This document shows, one piece after another, positions 1-8,087 of a stretch of DNA of 64,000 nt (position 1 is its first letter; each line of letters opens with the position of its first letter). Below the pieces are notes generated by a model. It saw only the letters and a list, made by a program, of their open reading frames with translations. It was not told the DNA's origin and made no database searches. The stretch lies in assembly GCA_964291415.2 (NCBI GenBank), contig OZ219920.1:672001-736000 (forward strand), given 5' to 3'. The position numbers and the translations under genes were made by a program. Origin of the DNA: Alphaproteobacteria bacterium (GTDB lineage Bacteria; Pseudomonadota; Alphaproteobacteria; SP197).

Positions 1-285
1 GTCGCGGATCAGCGCTGGAAAGGTCTCGAACGGCTGGTGCGCCGACAGCATGTCGTTGTACGCGGTCACGATGCCGATGTTGCCGGCGCTCCCGCCGGTC
101 TGGCGCATCTTGTCTGCCTGCGAACTCGCGGCGAAGGCATGTGCAAGGTTGCCGCAGGAGAGATGCGCGCGTGCCGGCGCGGCCTCGGCGGTGCGTGCCA
201 TGCGTTCGAGATAGTCTGTGCGAAGGTCCAGGCTCCTCGCCCGGATCCGCTCGGTGACCTTGTGCACGGTATCGTTCAGATGCAT
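1..285 (-). CDS. edd: Phosphogluconate dehydratase, 5' part (runs off window start)
   Basis: My translation from ATG at 285: MHLNDTVHKVTERIRARS...LSCGNLAHAFAA...NIGIVTAYNDMLSAHQPFETFP, the typical Edd N-terminus; follows zwf-pgl. Confidence 0.93.
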   Translation of the reverse strand, partial: MHLNDTVHKVTERIRARSLDLRTDYLERMARTAEAAPARAHLSCGNLAHAFAASSQADKMRQTGGSAGNIGIVTAYNDMLSAHQPFETFPALIRD

Positions 286-306
286 CGGCTTCTCACGGTC
301 ATTGCT

Positions 307-960
307 TCATGGAGCCCAGTAGACGCGGGCAGGGTTCGGCCCGTCCAGGACCAGCCGGACCGGGGCGTCGGAAGGCCCGGCCGCTGCCCATGCACGCTCG
401 AGAGCTGCGCGTTTCCCTGCGCCATGGATCAGCACGCAACGCTGCGCCGCCCCGGTCAGCGCCGGTGCGGTCAGGGTGATGCGCTCCTCCTCGGCGCCGG
501 GAGCGCGCAAGCGCAGAGCCGGCGTGCCGCACTCCGCCGAAAGCGCTTCGTCCAGGCGGTCGGCTTCGGGAAAGAGCGAAGCGACATGCAGATCCTCCCC
601 CATGCCGAGCACGCAGGCATCAAGCGGCAGAAGCGCCGAGAGCGCCTGCGCATCTTCGAGTTCGACGTAGCGGGCTGCACGGGCCGGGCCGGCGAAGAGC
701 GTCTCGTGGAGCAGGCGTCGGTTCGAGCGCGGGTGATCGGGCGCGACACAGCGCTCGTCGGTTGGCGTGACCGCCACCGCCGCCCAGTCGAGCTCGTGTC
801 CGCCGAGTGCGACCAGGAAAGCCGCCGGAGTGCTGCCACCTGGAACCGCCAGCGCGGCGCCGCCGGCACTCTGGATCGCCGCTTCCAGCACCGCCGCGAT
901 GTCGTCGGCCAGAAGTCGGGCGAGCGCACCCCGGTTCGCGGCCTCGATAACGGGCATCAT
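307..960 (-). CDS. pgl: 6-phosphogluconolactonase
   Basis: LAVPGGSTP, TDERCV, HPRSN, LGMGEDLHVASLFP, RITLT motifs; ATGA overlap with zwf stop. Confidence 0.93.
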   Translation of the reverse strand: MMPVIEAANRGALARLLADDIAAVLEAAIQSAGGAALAVPGGSTPAAFLVALGGHELDWAAVAVTPTDERCVAPDHPRSNRRLLHETLFAGPARAARYVELEDAQALSALLPLDACVLGMGEDLHVASLFPEADRLDEALSAECGTPALRLRAPGAEEERITLTAPALTGAAQRCVLIHGAGKRAALERAWAAAGPSDAPVRLVLDGPNPARVYWAP

Positions 961-2420
961 GCCGCGAGAGCCCGCCAACGCCGGCCGTCGCGGTGCATCA
1001 GCATCATCGCATCCTCAGGTCCCGATGAGTAGTTGTCGTAGGGTTGCGGGCCCTCGGGCGCGGAGTCCGCCGAGGCAATGATCGGATCGATCCAGCGCCA
1101 GGCCGCTTCGACTTCATCATCGCGCATGAACAGCGTCTGATCGCCACGGATCACGTCCATCACGAGCCGCTCATAGGCACCCGGAATCCGCAGGCCTTGC
1201 GCGCCCAGGGCATTGGCGAAGGTCATGTCGAGCGGCACCTGGCACAACCGCATGCCGCCAGGCCCCGGTTCCTTGATGGTCAATCTCAGCGTGATCCCCT
1301 CGTCCGGCTGCAACCTGATCGCCAGCGCGTTCGGAGTTGTGCCACCCGCACTCGCAGGAAAAATGGAATGCGGCGTGTCCTTGAAGATGACGGCGATCTC
1401 GGACATTCGGGCCTGAAGTCGCTTTCCGGTGCGCAGATAGAACGGCGTTCCGTTCCAGCGCCAGTTGGCGATCTCTACCTTGATCGCCGCAAAGCTCTCC
1501 GTGCGCGATTCGGGATTTCCAGCATCCTCGACATAGCCAGGCTCGCCATTGGTGCCGCGATACTGGCCGAGCACGACGTCGCCAAGTCCTTCAAGCGGTT
1601 TCAGGCTGCGCAACACCTTGAGCTTCTCGTCGCGTACCGCGTCCGGTTCAAAATGCGCCGGAGATTCCATCGCGATGAGGCAAAGCAGTTGCAGAAGATG
1701 ATTCTGCATCATGTCACGAACGGCGCCGTTCTGGTCGTAGTAGGCGCCGCGGCCGCGGACGCCGACCCGCTCGGCGACGGTGATCTGCACATGGTCGACA
1801 TGGCGTGCGTTCCAGATCGGTTCGAACAGCGCATTGGCGAAGCGCAACGCCATGAGGTTCTGAACCGTCTCCTTGCCGAGAAAGTGGTCGATCCGGTAGA
1901 TCTGGCGCTCGTCGAATATCGTCGCAAGTTGGCGATTCAGATTGTGCGCGCTCGCGAAATCGTGACCCAGGGGCTTCTCGACGACCAGCCGGGTGTCCGG
2001 AGTCCGGCAGCCACTCGTCGCCAGCCGCTCGCTGATCGGAGCGAACAATTGTGGCGCCACCGACAGATAGAAGACCCGCATGCGCTCCGAGTCCCTGAGC
2101 CGGTCAAAAAGCGCAGCCCATCCGCCGTCGCCCGCCGCATCGGCGCGAACATAGTCGAGCGTGGCAAGAAACTCTGCCAGTCGGTCGGGGTCGAGCTGCT
2201 CGGGACCCACATGTTCGCGGAGCGCCGCCTCGACCCTGCGTCGAAAGCTGTCGGCGTCGAGGTCTCGTCGGGCAACGGCGATGATCCTCGAATCCGGCAA
2301 GGCCTGCCCTTCGAACATCCGGCGATAGAGCGCGGGCAAAAGCTTGCGCTGCGCGAGATCGCCCGTCCCGCCGAAGACCACGAGATCGAAGGGATCGACC
2401 GGAATGACACGCGCGACCAT
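957..2420 (-). CDS. zwf: Glucose-6-phosphate 1-dehydrogenase
   Basis: FGGTGDLA, EKPLG, YRIDHFLGKETVQN, FYLRTGKRL; start set at MVARVIPVDPFD (2420), not the ORF-track start. Confidence 0.96.
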   Translation of the reverse strand: MVARVIPVDPFDLVVFGGTGDLAQRKLLPALYRRMFEGQALPDSRIIAVARRDLDADSFRRRVEAALREHVGPEQLDPDRLAEFLATLDYVRADAAGDGGWAALFDRLRDSERMRVFYLSVAPQLFAPISERLATSGCRTPDTRLVVEKPLGHDFASAHNLNRQLATIFDERQIYRIDHFLGKETVQNLMALRFANALFEPIWNARHVDHVQITVAERVGVRGRGAYYDQNGAVRDMMQNHLLQLLCLIAMESPAHFEPDAVRDEKLKVLRSLKPLEGLGDVVLGQYRGTNGEPGYVEDAGNPESRTESFAAIKVEIANWRWNGTPFYLRTGKRLQARMSEIAVIFKDTPHSIFPASAGGTTPNALAIRLQPDEGITLRLTIKEPGPGGMRLCQVPLDMTFANALGAQGLRIPGAYERLVMDVIRGDQTLFMRDDEVEAAWRWIDPIIASADSAPEGPQPYDNYSSGPEDAMMLMHRDGRRWRALAA

Positions 2421-3179
2421 GGCTAGGCCACTCCCGACCGGATCAGCTTTCGAGGAGCGCGCGCGTGGAACCCGGTCAAGGCGGTCCGCGAGGCCACCGG
2501 GCCGGGAATTCGCACGGTCGTGCGGCACGGACTTGCGTGGCTCCGCAATTGTCGGCAATCCCGCATGCCGAATGCGGGGTTGAACGGAGCATCTCCGGTT
2601 GTCCGGCCGATCGAGCGGGCGCGGCGGCCCACTGTCATGCCGCCGAGGCGGGCTCGCATCGATTCGGAACATCGTGATCGCAATGAAATGGGCGCCAGGG
2701 AGCAGGTTTTCGCGCCCGGGGCTGGAATCTCAGATTTCGGTGCTTTCTCGGTCGTCTGCCGTGGTTTCAGGAAGCCGGGGAAGCGGCATCCCTTTCGCCG
2801 TTTCGGAATTCTCGACGCGTCCGCGTGCTTCTCCCGGACACAGGCGCAGACGCCGTCGAACCGGTTGATGCGCTCCGGCGAACCCGTGTCTTGCGTGGCC
2901 CTGGACAGTCCCTCAACTTCCAGCGACATCCGACGCCCAGTTGCAATGTGGATCGTCTTGCCAGGAAGGTCGATATCGAAGCCCGTCTCCGACAGCGCAC
3001 ACGGCTTCATCGTGTCACAGGTGGCCATCGTGATGCTCCCTATCGGTATGCCTGTCGCGGTGACCCTGCACAATCCGAAGTTAAACGATTGATATAGGGT
3101 CGTTTATGTTCCATGACCGGCTGCACTGGAACGGATCCGCAACCGTCCGCTTCCTGTGTGCAGCCCGAACAAGGACAAC

Positions 3180-3360
3180 GCTCGTGGTCGCAGACAACCC
3201 CGGCGATGTCCACATCAAGGCGCTCAACGCCTGCAGGACCGCATACGCCATCCGCGACGGCAAAATCAAGGCCTTGGGCGTCCGGATGCTGCCTTCGGGA
3301 GCGATCCGCTTCTTCGTTCGAGGCCCGTGTTGAGGGAAAGGGCGTGGATGATCGTCAGCG
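3180..3360 (+). pseudogene. Remnant of tyrosine integrase N-terminal Arm DNA-binding domain
   Basis: DVHIKALNACRTAYAIRDGKIKALGVRMLPSGAIRFFVR, then frameshifted ERAWMIVSDA; resembles Arm-DNA-bind domains (..YxIRDxxxxGLGVRVxPSGxKxF..); no catalytic domain follows. Confidence 0.6.
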
Positions 3361-3526
3361 ACGCAGTATTCGAGTCCACGGCCAGGCGTGCCCGCCGCGA
3401 GGAGCACAATTCACCCTGGATCCGCTGTGGCGGTGCATCCCGTCCGATCCTTGCGAGAACAACGGCGGCCCGCGACGCGAATTCCATGTGGTGCGGAACA
3501 GGGACGGACCAGCCGGCAAGGAGTGA
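3358..3526 (+). pseudogene. NYN/LabA-DUF88 domain gene 3' remnant, copy 1 (frameshifted)
   Basis: SDAVFESTARRARRE/GAQFTLDPLWRCIPSDPCENNGGPR resembles the NYN C-terminal pattern GDSDFVPAAKLARREGxxFILDPxW..I..DL.EHIDGL. Confidence 0.55.
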
Positions 3527-3915
3527 CGTTGCCCGGATGTCAGGGCCGCTGGATGTTCGGGAGCTGAAGAGATTGCCTCTGGTTCGGCGTTGCGGATGTG
3601 AAGGCATCCATCACTCTGCACCGCCTTGGGGTCAGGGGGGTGCCGAGAGCAGGAATTCGACAAGTTCGGGTCGTCGCCAATTGCAGTTCAACCCGCCTCG
3701 GAACCGGAATGCCACTCAGGACGGGTGTCCCCGGGAGACGGAAGGCCTGTAGGCGAGGGTGAGGGTGGCCCGGTGGTCGGTGACGGTGGCGGCGCGAGGT
3801 GCGAATTCGACCTGGCGGTAGGCGTCGAAGACGGAGGCGGACTGGTGCTCGAGAAATCCGGCACAGGATGACGGTGGTGGCGCCAACGGCGTGGACCATG
3901 CCGATGAAGGGGGGC
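3360..3915. repeat. Diverged direct repeat, copy A (NYN remnant + spacer + decayed prmA 3' end)
   Basis: Aligns by eye with 4603-5115 (shared cagggacggacc..ggcaaggagtg, gggggtgccgagagcagga, tcgtcgccaattgcagttcaacc, ggcgagggtgagggtggccc); carries an extra ~45 nt near 3560-3610. Confidence 0.9.
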
Positions 3916-4007
3916 GACGGCGCACCACGATTGCCGGCCACCGATCCCGGCATGGGCAACGACTGTCCAGGCAGGCTACACTGCAGCCCAGCGAGGAGTA
4001 TCGGCAC

Positions 4008-4265
4008 ATGCGCACCGTCGTTCGCGCACGCATCGACGAGAAGACCAAGGAAGAGGCCGCCGACGTGCTCGCAGCAATCGGCCTCACCGTGTCGGATGCC
4101 TTCCGTCTGATGATGGTGCGGATAGCGACCGAAAAACGCCTGCCCTTCGAGCCGCTGGTGCCGAACGCGGAAACCATTGCCGCTATGAAGGCGGCGAGGC
4201 GGGGCGAGCTGGTCACGGTCGGCGACGTCAACGGCCTGATTGCCGATCTCCATGCGGACGATTAG
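4008..4265 (+). CDS. dinJ: RelB/DinJ-family antitoxin
   Basis: MRTVVRARIDEKTKEEAADVLAAIGLTVSDAFRLMMVRIATEKRLPFEPLVPNAETIAAM; overlaps the toxin start. Confidence 0.9.
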   Translation: MRTVVRARIDEKTKEEAADVLAAIGLTVSDAFRLMMVRIATEKRLPFEPLVPNAETIAAMKAARRGELVTVGDVNGLIADLHADD

Positions 4266-4533
4266 GCGGACCGCGGCCTTCAAACGAGACTACCGGCGCG
4301 AAGAGAGAGGTCGTTTCGCCGGGACCGTCGATGCCGAACTGGCGCATGTCGTGACCAATCTTGCGGAGGACCGGCCGCTGGCGCCGCGCCATCGGGACCA
4401 CGCGCTTGGCGGTCAGTGGTAGGACCACCGGGACTGTCATGTCCGGCCCGACCTGGTACTGATCTACCGCAAGCCCGACGCCGATCATCCCGATCTGGTG
4501 CGGCTTGGCTCGCACAGCGAACTCGGCCTCTGA
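4252..4533 (+). pseudogene. yafQ: YafQ-family mRNA interferase toxin with in-frame amber stop at 4420-4422
   Basis: MRTIRRTAAFKRDYRR...RDHALGGQW*DHRDCHVRPDLVLIYRK...LVRLGSHSELGL; otherwise full length and in frame. Confidence 0.88.
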
Positions 4534-4602
4534 CAGGCCGCACCGTGTGCGGACCTCGATCCCTGCCGCCCAACATGCGGCCTGCTGCCCTGTAGAATGT
4601 TC

Positions 4603-4770
4603 GGTGCACTCTTCGTGCCGGCGGCCAAGCTCGCCCGCCGCGAGGGCGTAGAGTTCATTCTGGATCCGCTGGGGCAACGTAGCCCGTCCGGTCTTTCCGG
4701 GCACACCAACGGCCTGCGCAGCGGGTTCTGTGTGGCGAGGCACAGGGACGGACCATCCGGCAAGGAGTGG
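4603..4770 (+). pseudogene. NYN/LabA-DUF88 domain gene 3' remnant, copy 2
   Basis: GALFVPAAKLARREGVEFILDPLGQRSPSGLSGHTNGLRSG closely matches the NYN C-terminal motif; no N-terminal part upstream. Confidence 0.65.
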
Positions 4771-5115
4771 CGTTGTCCGGATGTCGGGGCCGCTGGATGT
4801 TCGGCAGCCGCGATCACTTTGCACCGCCTCGGGTCGAGGGGGTGCCGAGAGCAGGAGTTCGACATGTGCGGATCGTCGCCAATTGCAGTTCAACCGGCTT
4901 CGGAACCGGAATGCCACTCACAACGATTGTGCCCGGGAGGCGGAAGGCCTGTGGGCGAGGGTGAGGGTGGCCCAGTCGTCGATGACGGTGGTGGCGCGGG
5001 GCGCGTATCCGGCCTGGCGGTATGCTTCGAGGACGGGGGCGGACTGGTGTTCGAGAAAGCCTGACAGGATGACGGTGCTGGCGTTGATGGCGGGGGCCAT
5101 GGCGATGAGGGGGCG
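4603..5115. repeat. Diverged direct repeat, copy B (includes the functional prmA 3' end)
   Basis: Homologous to 3360-3915. Confidence 0.9.
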
Positions 5116-5727
5116 GGCCAGGATGTTGGCGATGACGAGATCGAGGTGTGCCGGGGAGAAGGCGCCGAAGGCGCTTGCGCAGACGAGGTGGATGCGGTCG
5201 GCGAGGCCGTTCTCCGCGATCTGGCTCTGGGCAAAGGAGAGGGCGAGGGGGTCGTTGTCGACGGCGATGATGTGGCAGTCCCACAAGACGGCGGCGGCGA
5301 TCGAGAGAATGGCCGACCCGCATCCCATGTCGAGGACGGTGCCAGGCGATGGGTCGAGGGCGGCAAGGGCCTTCAGGCACCCGGCGGTGCTCGGGTGCTC
5401 GCCGGTGCCGAAACCGGCCCCGGCCCTCATGCGGATGAGGTGCCGAGATGTGTCCGCCGGGTCATCGCCGTGAACGATGGTGAAGGGCCCGACGACACGG
5501 GGCGGAAAGGAGCGGATGTTGTCCGCGACCCAGTCTTTCGCCGGCAGTTCATGGAGGGAGGGCGTGACGCCGAGATGTGTCTCGAGGTGCCGGCGCGCAC
5601 GTTCGGCTTCCTCGCGGCTGGCGAAGAGGGCCTGGACGCTCGAGCCGAAGAGGGACAGCGCCAGGGGCTCCAGGTCCTCGAGGAGGTCGTGTGCTCCTTC
5701 GTGCTCCGCCTCGAGCTGCCAGGTCAT
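4918..5727 (-). CDS. prmA: 50S ribosomal protein L11 methyltransferase
   Basis: GFGTGEHPST, VLDMGCGSAILSIAA, ANILARPL, ILSGFL motifs; coupled to uvrD. Confidence 0.92.
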   Translation of the reverse strand: MTWQLEAEHEGAHDLLEDLEPLALSLFGSSVQALFASREEAERARRHLETHLGVTPSLHELPAKDWVADNIRSFPPRVVGPFTIVHGDDPADTSRHLIRMRAGAGFGTGEHPSTAGCLKALAALDPSPGTVLDMGCGSAILSIAAAVLWDCHIIAVDNDPLALSFAQSQIAENGLADRIHLVCASAFGAFSPAHLDLVIANILARPLIAMAPAINASTVILSGFLEHQSAPVLEAYRQAGYAPRATTVIDDWATLTLAHRPSASRAQSL

Positions 5728-7931
5728 GCCGGCGTGACGAAGGCCGCCATGACTTTCTTGCGGCCGGCCTTGTCGAAGGCGATGTCGAGCTTCTCGCCGT
5801 CTGCCTTGAGGACGCGGCCATAGCCGAACTTGTCGTGGAAGATGCGGGTGTCGGGCGCCGGCGGCGGGCTGGCGTCAGGCGCTGCCGGGGCGGTGCGGGA
5901 GGGAAACTGCTGCTGGCGGCGGGCGAGGGTGCGGGCGAAATTGCTGTCGGTGACGGCCGCGCCGAACTGGGACATGTTGCGGTAGCCGACGAGGGGGGAT
6001 TCATCCGTCAGCACGTGCTCGTCCGGAAGTTCGGCGAGGAAACGCGAGGGAATGTTGGACACGGTCTGGTTGTAGATCCGCCGGGTGGCCGCATGGAAGA
6101 TGGCGACGCGCCGGCGGGCACGGGTGAGAGCGACGTAGGCGAGACGGCGTTCCTCCTCGAGACCCTGGTTGCCGCTCTCCTCGAGGGCGCGTCGGTGGGG
6201 AAAGAGCTCCTCTTCCCAGCCGGGCAGGATGACGGTGTCGAATTCAAGGCCCTTGGCCGCATGGAGCGTCATGATGCTGACCATGTCGCCGTCGATGGCG
6301 ACATCCCCGTCGGTGACCAGGCTCACGTGGTCCAGGAACTCCTCGATGTTCTCGAAGTCGGCCAGCGCGACGACGAGTTCCTTCAGGTTCTCGAGCCTCG
6401 TCGGGGCATGGATGGACTTGTCCTTCTGCCACATCTCCGTGTAGCCCGATTCTTCGAGGACGATGGCGGCGATCTCCGCCGGGGCCTTGCGGCTGGCCTC
6501 GGCGCGCCAGCGGTCGATGTTCTCGATGAAGAGACGCAGGGTGCGCCGCCGCGCCGGCGGCAGCGTGGTGTCGCCCGCGACGTGGCGCGCGGCGCCGAGC
6601 AGACTGGTCCCGGCCTTGCGCCCATGGTCATGGAGAGGGAGCAGGGACTTCTCGCCAAGGCCGCGCCTGGGGAGGTTGATGATCCTCTGGAAGGCGAGGT
6701 CGTCGTCGTCCTGGCGCACCAGGCGCAGGTAGGCGAGGGCATCGCGGATCTCGCGGCGTTCATAGAATCTCAGGCCCCCGATGATGCGGTAGGGCACGCC
6801 AAGCGTGATGAAGCGCTCCTCGAAATGACGTGTCTGGTGGCCGGCCCGTACCAGCACCGCCATCTCGTTGAGCTGGTGCTGCTTCCTGTGGAGGTTCTCG
6901 ATCATGTCGCCCACGGCATGGGCCTCGTCCTCGCCGCTCCACACGCCGTTGACGGCGATGGGTTCCCCGGCGTCGTCGCCATCGGGTGTCCACAGGGTCT
7001 TGCCGAGCCGGGAGCGGTTGTGGGCGATGAGGCCCGAGGCCGCGGCGAGGATGCGGGGTGTCGAGCGGTAGTTGCGCTCGAGGCGCACGATGGTGGCCCC
7101 GGGAAAGTCCTGTTCGAATTTCAGGATGTTGCCGACCTCCGCGCCGCGCCAGCCGTAGATCGACTGGTCGTCGTCGCCGACGCAGCAGATGTTGCCCGAT
7201 CCGCGGGCGAGCAGGCGCAGCCACAGGTACTGGATCGCGTTGGTGTCCTGGTACTCGTCGACGAGGAGGTAGCGAAAACGCCTGTGCCAGACTTCAAGCA
7301 CATCCGGGTGGTCGAGGAGGAGGCGGTAGGGCTTGAGCAGCAGGTCCCCGAAATCAGCCGCATTGAGGGATTCGAGGCGTTCCTGGTAGGCGCGGTAGAG
7401 GGCCTGGCCCCGACCGTGGGCGAACGATGCCGCCTCCTCCCCGGGGAGTTCATCGGGGGTCCATCCCCTGTCCTTCCATTTCTGGATCAGGAACGAGAGC
7501 ATGCGTGGAGGCCAGCGCTTGTCGTCGATGTTGGCCGCTTCGAGGAGTTCGCGCGCCAGGCGGACCTGGTCGTCGGTATCGATGATGGTGAACCCGGACT
7601 TCAGGCGCACGAGCTCCGCATGCCGTCGCAGCATGCGCGCGCCGATGCCGTGAAAGGTGCCGATCCACAGGCCGGCCGTGGACTGTCCGATGAGCGCGCT
7701 CACCCGTTCCGACATCTCGCCGGCGGCCTTGTTGGTGAAGGTGACCGCGAGGATCTGACCTGGCCAGGCCCTCCCGGTTTCGATGAGATGGGCAAGGCGC
7801 ACGGTCAGCACGCGAGTCTTTCCGGTGCCTGCACCGGCGAGCACGAGAACCGGCCCGTCCAAGGCCTCGACCGCCTCGCGCTGCGCCTCGTTGAGACCTT
7901 CAAGAAGGGGGGTTGGAGGAGAGCCCTGCAT
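5724..7931 (-). CDS. uvrD: UvrD/PcrA ATP-dependent DNA helicase
   Basis: LAGAGTGKT, VTFTNKAA, DEYQDTN, VGDDDQSIYGWRGA, LERNYRST, MTLHAAKGLEF, EEERRLAYVALTRA. Confidence 0.96.
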   Translation of the reverse strand: MQGSPPTPLLEGLNEAQREAVEALDGPVLVLAGAGTGKTRVLTVRLAHLIETGRAWPGQILAVTFTNKAAGEMSERVSALIGQSTAGLWIGTFHGIGARMLRRHAELVRLKSGFTIIDTDDQVRLARELLEAANIDDKRWPPRMLSFLIQKWKDRGWTPDELPGEEAASFAHGRGQALYRAYQERLESLNAADFGDLLLKPYRLLLDHPDVLEVWHRRFRYLLVDEYQDTNAIQYLWLRLLARGSGNICCVGDDDQSIYGWRGAEVGNILKFEQDFPGATIVRLERNYRSTPRILAAASGLIAHNRSRLGKTLWTPDGDDAGEPIAVNGVWSGEDEAHAVGDMIENLHRKQHQLNEMAVLVRAGHQTRHFEERFITLGVPYRIIGGLRFYERREIRDALAYLRLVRQDDDDLAFQRIINLPRRGLGEKSLLPLHDHGRKAGTSLLGAARHVAGDTTLPPARRRTLRLFIENIDRWRAEASRKAPAEIAAIVLEESGYTEMWQKDKSIHAPTRLENLKELVVALADFENIEEFLDHVSLVTDGDVAIDGDMVSIMTLHAAKGLEFDTVILPGWEEELFPHRRALEESGNQGLEEERRLAYVALTRARRRVAIFHAATRRIYNQTVSNIPSRFLAELPDEHVLTDESPLVGYRNMSQFGAAVTDSNFARTLARRQQQFPSRTAPAAPDASPPPAPDTRIFHDKFGYGRVLKADGEKLDIAFDKAGRKKVMAAFVTPA

Positions 7932-8087
7932 GATGCGCCTCTCCTATCACAGGTCCGCGATCCTGTTCAGATGAGGCATGTGGACAGCCTGGATTCACTG
8001 GGAAGCGGTTGAGTGCCATGATACCGCCCTCCACGGCGTGCCAGGGTTCTCACCGGAACACTCCGGACATGAAGGAGACGGGTAAGG

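Noticed and set aside
2423-3100. ORFs of 190-216 aa upstream of zwf
   Set aside because: No recognisable motifs or RBS; probably intergenic or decayed sequence
4420-4422. Pyrrolysine or programmed recoding at the yafQ TAG
   Set aside because: No pyl genes in the window, and TAG is used as a normal stop by neighbours (dinJ, futA, sspB)
5577-8012. 811-aa plus-strand ORF and similar long ORFs (40911-43289, 44383-46416, 22165-24123, 26283-28151)
   Set aside because: Antisense shadows of well-supported genes in high-GC DNA; no family motifs
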